Below, piece by piece: positions 58,493 to 64,000 of a stretch of DNA of 64,000 nucleotides (positions are counted from its first letter, which is position 1; each line of letters opens with the position of its first letter). Under the pieces are notes generated by a model. That model ran no database searches and was not told the DNA's origin. It worked only from the letters and a program-made list of their open reading frames with translations. Position numbers and translations under genes: made by a program. The DNA is from a virus (taxonomy: Duplodnaviria > Caudoviricetes). The DNA is taken from IMG/VR virus record IMGVR_UViG_3300011767_000002, positions 1-64,000 of that record. The stretch is one strand, 5' to 3'.

Positions 58493-59275
58493 ATGGAACG
58501 TATTGTTTATCAATGTAACGTGTTGCAAGGCATCAATAAGGTAGGGGACCTTAAGAAGCTGGACAACGGTTACTTCGAAGTACGGTTGGGGGCCCTGGGT
58601 GCCTTCAATTCCCAAGGGTGGCTGTACAGCGAACCCGAGGGACGTCGCTTGATCGAAGGGTCGGGCGGATTGATGCGTATGATGGACACCGCTCGCCTGC
58701 GCGGTGAGTGTGGTCATCCGCGGTTCCGTGCTGGCATGAGTCAGCTGGAATGGTTCGGTCGGGTCAACGACATCTATGAACCGAACGTCTGTGTGCACAT
58801 CCGCCGTATCCGTCTGGAACCCGGCGTGGATGAGAAAGGCCGCGCCGTGACCATGGTGGTCGGTGAAGTCAAGTCGTCGGGCAAAGAAAGCGTGTGGCTG
58901 GACAAGCAGTTGGAGAACCCTCACGAGGACGTCTGTTTCTCCATCCGGTCGTTCACCGAGGACAAGGTCGTCGGGGGCGTGAAGACCAAGTTCCTGAAGA
59001 AGATTGTGACCTGGGACAACGTCAACGAACCCGGCATTGCCAAGTCCTCCAAATACGGCACAGCGTCGCTGGAGTCGTTAGGTGGGAGTGACCTGCCGCA
59101 GGCTGAACTGGAAACCGCATTCTTCATGGACGCTCTGCGTCGTGAAGCGAAAACCCTGCCAGCCGTGGGCGTAGGTGCAGGCGTTGGGTTCGAAAGCAAT
59201 GCCAACCTCATGTCGTTGATTGCTGAAATCGAACGGCCCATTAAGTCGTTTGTTCCCAGTGCTTGGAGGTGGTAA
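58493..59275 (+). CDS. Prohead protease (phiKZ gp175-like)
   Basis: LRGECGHP (His), FSIRS (Ser), TWDNVNEPG (Asp); C-terminal ASLES autocleavage-type site. Confidence 0.85.
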   Translation: MERIVYQCNVLQGINKVGDLKKLDNGYFEVRLGALGAFNSQGWLYSEPEGRRLIEGSGGLMRMMDTARLRGECGHPRFRAGMSQLEWFGRVNDIYEPNVCVHIRRIRLEPGVDEKGRAVTMVVGEVKSSGKESVWLDKQLENPHEDVCFSIRSFTEDKVVGGVKTKFLKKIVTWDNVNEPGIAKSSKYGTASLESLGGSDLPQAELETAFFMDALRREAKTLPAVGVGAGVGFESNANLMSLIAEIERPIKSFVPSAWRW

Positions 59276-60586
59276 ATGCAGACCCCCATCGACGCCTTGT
59301 TGGTGGATGCTGCTGAACGGATGGAGTCAGACACCACGCTGGCTCCAGCGCTCACGGTCATCTCTGAATTGGCCGATGTTGATGACAGCCGTCTGACCTT
59401 GGAAAGTTGTGTAGAACAGCTGGCCATGGCAGACGGGTCTGTGGTCGATATTCTGATTGCTGAACAGACCTACCGTGACTGGCGTGCAGATCACCCTCAG
59501 CTGGCCCTTGGGCAAGCACAGACGGGACCGGCACTGGAGCGCGAACTTCGTGCGGCCATGGAAATGCTGAATCAGCCCTCCATGGAATCGGACATGCTTC
59601 AGGCACTCAAGCGCACGTTCGGTAACATGCTCACCCAAGCCAGGACCTTCGGCAAAGACTTGGTTGACCTGCGCAGTTCCATCAGTCAGCACAAGGAGGC
59701 GATCAGTAACCGTCCGGTGTTGATCGACAGTGTGAACGCCTACCACTTCCTGACACGGGCAAACAAGCCGGTCAAGAACCTGGGCACCTGCATTGACGAA
59801 GACCTGAAGTTTGTAGCGGCGTGCGACACGCACTACAAGCACTTGTTTGAGACGTCGGGGGATCTGGGCAAGCGATTCCGAGAAGCCTGCAACAGTGACT
59901 CGAATGATGCTATTCGAGACGCCATTGATCATTTCGATGGCAACCTGGTGGACCGCAGCACCTTTACCAACCTGACCAAGTTTAACCTGCTGGGTAACCG
60001 GACGGTTTATTTGGACAAGCGCGGGTTCCCGCAGTTCAAGAAAGCCCCGACGGTGTGGAAGTTCAGCACCAAAGACAAAGACGAGAAGAACCTCGCCACG
60101 CAATTGGCGAAGAAGCAGATCCATGGCTTCTCCATTGGCGGGTCTGTCAAGTCAGTCAAAGGGGTGGTGGGCATGAACGTGGTGGTGGCCAAAAAACAGG
60201 TCGTCGCTCAGGTTCAAGCCACTGGTGGGGAGACGGATGTTGCCGCCTTCCTCAAGACCCTGGATAAAGCCATTGTACTCAATAACCAGGTGACCAAGTT
60301 TGCACAGATGGCTACCTCCATGGGTGAGAAGGTCAACCGCCTGTCTTCGGACATGGACGATGCCTACAACAAGGTCAGCTCAGATCGCAGTGAGGCGGAC
60401 AACGTGGTCCGGCTGCGTGAACTGAGAGCCCTGCACCGCTCTGCTCGCCGCAGTGTGTCGCAGTACATGTTCCTAGGTAAGGCCATTGCCACGATGATGG
60501 AAGACCATGCCGCGTACGTGTACCGCAACATCACCCTGATTGCTAATGACGTGTTGAAGAAAACCGTTAAGGACACTGAGAAATGA
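59276..60586 (+). CDS. Protease-processed internal head protein
   Basis: Acidic N-terminal propeptide with TLE, ALE, SME motifs; coupled to the protease gene. Confidence 0.7.
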   Translation: MQTPIDALLVDAAERMESDTTLAPALTVISELADVDDSRLTLESCVEQLAMADGSVVDILIAEQTYRDWRADHPQLALGQAQTGPALERELRAAMEMLNQPSMESDMLQALKRTFGNMLTQARTFGKDLVDLRSSISQHKEAISNRPVLIDSVNAYHFLTRANKPVKNLGTCIDEDLKFVAACDTHYKHLFETSGDLGKRFREACNSDSNDAIRDAIDHFDGNLVDRSTFTNLTKFNLLGNRTVYLDKRGFPQFKKAPTVWKFSTKDKDEKNLATQLAKKQIHGFSIGGSVKSVKGVVGMNVVVAKKQVVAQVQATGGETDVAAFLKTLDKAIVLNNQVTKFAQMATSMGEKVNRLSSDMDDAYNKVSSDRSEADNVVRLRELRALHRSARRSVSQYMFLGKAIATMMEDHAAYVYRNITLIANDVLKKTVKDTEK

Positions 60587-61983
60587 GTAACCTACATCTT
60601 AGGGCTGCGTTTGAATCTGCAGCGCCTATTGCTGATAAACTCGACCAAGAAGCGTACTTGGGATTGGTTGACGACCTTCGTGACGGGTCTATTGAGAACA
60701 CCCCGGATGACGTGGTGGTCGAAGAAGCCCAACTCGCTCAGGACATCGTCGTGGTAGACGATCTGGTTGAGCGGGTTAAAGGCCTTGATGATACCGGCAC
60801 CGTGACCATGGAAGCGCTAGGCATTGCGCTGGAAGCGATCACCGGCAAGTACGGTATCAAGGGCACCAGGGCGTCGATGGAGAGCCTTTCGGGCGAAGAC
60901 TGCAAGATGGCCTTCATTGAGGGTGCAAATAACTTCAAGGCGTCTCTGGAGGCCGCTCTGTCGGTATCTCAAGAGTCTTGGGCGGTAAAGGATCTGTGGG
61001 ACGCTGCTGGCGCGATTGAACGTAATTCCACCGAATTGGAATCGGCAGTCAAGCAACTGGAGGACAAAAAACAATGGTTCTCCGAACACGGGACCAAAAT
61101 CAACTCGCTGGGACAACTGGTCTACCTGACGGTTAACGAGCAGATGACCAAGAACGTCGCCAAAGACACCGAGACCACCCTCAAGCATGCCGAGACAATA
61201 CTCGATGTCGCAGAACAAGCAGCTGACACTGCCAGTAAGATCCGTGACCTGGTACGCGCCACGGGTGTCGCTGATGACGAAGACGCCTTATCACTGCTGA
61301 AGAAAGTGGTGGCACTTAAGAACCCATCGATGGCTGCCAAGCAGAAACTAGACGGTGTCTTCCTTCTAGGTAACCGCCATGCAACATTCACAATCACCGC
61401 AGTCAAGAACAAGCAGGGCTTGGCGATCGGCGATTGGGAAAAGGTCGGGATGTACACGGAGACTACGTTGGGCCGCAGTAATCACGGTATCCGGGCTTCC
61501 AAACTGGTTCGTATTCCGGCATGGCTGCTGGCGCAAGGCTTGGCGTCTAAAGTCGCTTTTGCTGTCACGGGGGCTGCTTCGGTTTCATTCGCAATCAGTG
61601 TTGGCGTGGCCTTCACTGCCACAGGTGCCTTGAATGACCGCAAGGCGGGTAAGTCGATTCACCATAACATCAAATTCGAGGAGATCCATGCCTCGCTTAA
61701 GAAAGCGGCTCAGCAGGCCCGGCGCTCCGCCAGCACTCGTCGCAGTATGCCAGGGCGGTTCGAACGCATGTTCACGCTCCGGGATGAAGTCAACTCCCTG
61801 ATCGCTGAGAAGTCCAGTGGGTTGTCAGCTGAAGGGCAGGCGGCGATGAAAACCATCAAGACTATTTACTCCAGTGCTGAAAAGCTTAGTTGGGCCCTGA
61901 ACATGTGGGGCTTCCGCCTTACCCGTGAGGTGGTTACTAACAGCAATGCCATTGCACGTAAGTTGGTCGCCGCTAGTCGGTAA
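60583..61983 (+). CDS. Protease-processed internal head protein
   Basis: AFE, SIE, TME, ALE, SME, SLE, SQE motifs in the acidic N-terminus; overlapping start/stop. Confidence 0.7.
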   Translation: MSNLHLRAAFESAAPIADKLDQEAYLGLVDDLRDGSIENTPDDVVVEEAQLAQDIVVVDDLVERVKGLDDTGTVTMEALGIALEAITGKYGIKGTRASMESLSGEDCKMAFIEGANNFKASLEAALSVSQESWAVKDLWDAAGAIERNSTELESAVKQLEDKKQWFSEHGTKINSLGQLVYLTVNEQMTKNVAKDTETTLKHAETILDVAEQAADTASKIRDLVRATGVADDEDALSLLKKVVALKNPSMAAKQKLDGVFLLGNRHATFTITAVKNKQGLAIGDWEKVGMYTETTLGRSNHGIRASKLVRIPAWLLAQGLASKVAFAVTGAASVSFAISVGVAFTATGALNDRKAGKSIHHNIKFEEIHASLKKAAQQARRSASTRRSMPGRFERMFTLRDEVNSLIAEKSSGLSAEGQAAMKTIKTIYSSAEKLSWALNMWGFRLTREVVTNSNAIARKLVAASR

Positions 61984-61990
61984 TAGCATA

Positions 61991-62032
61991 CATAAACCCC
62001 CGTCCCGGTTCTGGCCAGGGCGGGGGTTTATG
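61991..62032 (+). terminator. CATA...TATG hairpin ending the late operon
   Basis: cataaacccccg/cgggggtttatg stem. Confidence 0.7.
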
Positions 62033-62033
62033 T

Positions 62034-62071
62034 TGATTCGAACTTTTTTCAACAATACATAGTACAAGTGA
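62034..62071 (+). promoter_or_regulatory. Putative early phage promoter
   Basis: 35/38 identical to 11938-11975. Confidence 0.75.
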
Positions 62072-62119
62072 ATAGGAAGAACGATCTTCCCACTATCCCC
62101 GTTCTTAGGAGAACATCAG

Positions 62120-62509
62120 ATGTCCCAAGTTACTCGCGAAACCCTGAAAGCCAAACTCGCCGACGTGTTCTCTGGAAAGGAAGCCGGAGGCGAATACGTG
62201 GTCTTCAGTAAAGAAGCACTGACCCAGATGAATGCCATCGCCGAGCGCCTCAAAGAAGAGAGCCGTTTCGATGAACGCCTCCTTGCCCAAGAAGACCTGG
62301 ATGTCGCTGATCAGATCATCAGTTACTTCACCCCCAAGGCTATCGCCGGACGGGTAGAGAACGGTATCTTACTACCGTGCAAGGATGAGGAATTCATGCA
62401 AGCCATTGACGCCATCAAAACCGAAGGTGCTCTGATGGAATACTTCGTGGTGCTGCCAGTCGTGCTGGTGGCTGAAGTGGCCAACGAAACACGTGCATTC
62501 TACCGTTAA
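62120..62509 (+). CDS. Hypothetical early protein
   Basis: 129 aa, aggag RBS. Confidence 0.7.
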   Translation: MSQVTRETLKAKLADVFSGKEAGGEYVVFSKEALTQMNAIAERLKEESRFDERLLAQEDLDVADQIISYFTPKAIAGRVENGILLPCKDEEFMQAIDAIKTEGALMEYFVVLPVVLVAEVANETRAFYR

Positions 62510-62544
62510 GCAATACCCATACCCTCAGTCTTAAGGAGACTACC

Positions 62545-62679
62545 ATGGATAAGCTATTTGCAGTTGGTGTTGGCATCGGCCTTGGCTGGTGGCTGAAAGC
62601 TCGCAGTGACGAGCGCAAGAACCTGCGTCGTGAAAACGAAGCACTAAAAACACGCCTCAACGAGAAAGAGGACAAGTAA
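62545..62679 (+). CDS. 44-aa membrane-anchored coiled-coil peptide (not in track)
   Basis: aaggag RBS; MDKLFAVGVGIGLGWWLKARSDERKNLRRENEALKTRL... Confidence 0.65.
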   Translation: MDKLFAVGVGIGLGWWLKARSDERKNLRRENEALKTRLNEKEDK

Positions 62680-62681
62680 TC

Positions 62682-62819
62682 ATGGAATACAACGCCCTGT
62701 CCGACTGCCTCGTCATGGCAGTCCTGTTTGCAGTAACGTTGGCTGGCTGCTACTTCGGATGCAAAGCTGACGCTCGCAAGAAAGCCGCCCTGCGCGGCGC
62801 CACCCGTATCGCTCACTAA
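62682..62819 (+). CDS. 45-aa membrane peptide or lipoprotein (not in track)
   Basis: gagga RBS; LVMAVLFAVTLAGC lipobox-like segment then basic tail. Confidence 0.55.
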   Translation: MEYNALSDCLVMAVLFAVTLAGCYFGCKADARKKAALRGATRIAH

Positions 62820-62846
62820 CCCGCACCATCCCTTAGGAGATTCACC

Positions 62847-63155
62847 ATGGCACTTATCGAAATCATCAAGCAAGCTGGCACTGTCGTTGTTGAAGCTGTT
62901 CAAGAACACCCTGTCGCGGCCGCTGTAGGGGCTGTCGCAGGCGTTGGCATCGTGGGTGGCGTCGTCTTCTGGCGTAAGCGTAAGAAGGCCACCAAGGCGC
63001 TCATTGACGCTAAGAAAACGATGGACACCATTGAGGCCGTCGCCAATGGCCAGTTGGTGATCGTGGAGAGCCCGGCCCTCAATGCCGTGCGCGATGCAGT
63101 CAATAACCTGAACGAGGTCACTGGTGGAGCTGCATTAAGCGGCGTCGCCAAGTAA
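62847..63155 (+). CDS. Small single-pass membrane protein
   Basis: aggag RBS; Gly/Ala/Val TM followed by WRKRKK. Confidence 0.7.
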   Translation: MALIEIIKQAGTVVVEAVQEHPVAAAVGAVAGVGIVGGVVFWRKRKKATKALIDAKKTMDTIEAVANGQLVIVESPALNAVRDAVNNLNEVTGGAALSGVAK

Positions 63156-63170
63156 CACGTTCACTCTCAG

Positions 63171-63198
63171 AAAGGGCCTTCGGGTCCTTTCTTTTTTT
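63171..63198 (+). terminator. Intrinsic terminator
   Basis: aaagggcc-ttcg-ggtccttt followed by a T-tract. Confidence 0.8.
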
Positions 63199-63211
63199 GT
63201 TGTCCAGATTC

Positions 63212-63237
63212 AATTCAATCTATTTGAAGCGCTACAT
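63212..63237 (+). promoter_or_regulatory. Putative early promoter, degenerate copy
   Basis: aattcaat-N12-ctacat, same spacing as the other copies. Confidence 0.5.
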
Positions 63238-63340
63238 TATCAAGTTGAATATCGGAAGCTGATTGTAAATAAAAACACTCGGCGCCTCTGATGTGCGTTA
63301 ACCCGCGTCACACAACGAAAATTTAAATGGAGTACAAACG

Positions 63341-63805
63341 ATGTCCGATGCACTGAACAAAGTCAGCGAGCGTATCAAGACCCTAGCTCTGAAAGTGGAA
63401 GAAGCCATCACTTTCGACGACGATGGTGCAGCTGTACTGCCTGAGTCTTTCGTCAAAGACAACCTGGTCGAAGGCGTCACCATCGAATCGATCAAAGCCG
63501 GTCAGGACGAAGAAGCCTCTTTCGCATCGGCACTGGCCTTGGGCCTGGGCACTGCCACCCACGTCCTGATGAAAGAGAAGAACGACCTCGAGCGCACCAC
63601 TGCGACCCTGGACTTCGGCAACAACACCATCCGCGCTGCGGTTGATCGCAAGGTCATGGTCCGCGCACCGGGCGCGACCGAAGAGCGTGCCAAGTACGGC
63701 AACACCACTGTGCGTCTGGACAGCGGCGCCACTGCCAAGCGCGGTGATCTCAAGCGCATCCTGAGCCACACCACTGAGATGTACGCTCAGTCGTTTGACA
63801 AGTAA
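63341..63805 (+). CDS. Conserved hypothetical protein
   Basis: 154 aa, ggag RBS, strong codon bias; followed by a hairpin terminator. Confidence 0.75.
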   Translation: MSDALNKVSERIKTLALKVEEAITFDDDGAAVLPESFVKDNLVEGVTIESIKAGQDEEASFASALALGLGTATHVLMKEKNDLERTTATLDFGNNTIRAAVDRKVMVRAPGATEERAKYGNTTVRLDSGATAKRGDLKRILSHTTEMYAQSFDK

Positions 63806-63883
63806 GCGTCCTGTGGTTCACAGCCAGTCACTTCGGTGACTGGCTGTATATGCGGTTTATTTTTTCTCGCGTCAGGAGGATGC

Positions 63884-64000
63884 ATGAGGGCGTACAATTA
63901 CCTGAATCTGCATGACGCACAGCGTTTGGAGAACTTCTACGTCGCGCAGGCGAAAGGGGTTCAGCACCCGGATCAACTGTCTGTAAGTGAACGTCTAATC
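63884..64000 (+). CDS. Partial ORF running off the window end
   Basis: aggagg RBS; MRAYNYLNLHD..., open to position 64000. Confidence 0.5.
   Translation, partial: MRAYNYLNLHDAQRLENFYVAQAKGVQHPDQLSVSERLI

Noticed and set aside
1-64000. tRNA or rRNA genes
   Set aside because: No cloverleaf with a T-loop GTTC plus acceptor stem was recognised in the intergenic regions; tRNAscan-SE would be needed to exclude atypical ones

Overview
Structural and transcription core of a phiKZ-like (nucleus-forming, Chimalliviridae-type) jumbo phage genome. Phage gene-number equivalences are from recall and motif matching, not from a database search. Recognisable genes: RuvC-like resolvase, portal, modular endolysin, a tail-collar/tail-fibre cassette, PAAR tip plus central spike, SbcC-like SMC ATPase, RNase HI, UvsX/RecA-like recombinase, giant tape-measure protein with lytic transglycosylase domain, four split subunits of the virion RNA polymerase, prohead protease and protease-processed head proteins. 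Two islands of small early-type genes (about 10-14.4 kb and 62-64 kb) sit behind a shared promoter motif. Best leads: (1) two covarying copies of a structured non-coding RNA with a palindromic GGUACC loop at 11.25-11.58 kb; (2) a 349-nt endonuclease-free group IA2 intron splitting the vRNAP beta gene; (3) a tail-collar protein fused to an alpha/beta-hydrolase fold whose catalytic residues all appear substituted; (4) a NADAR/T4 gp30.3-like candidate anti-DarTG protein; (5) an unannotated spanin-like pair; (6) a family of CATA...TATG-closed hairpins. No tRNA, rRNA or CRISPR array was seen.
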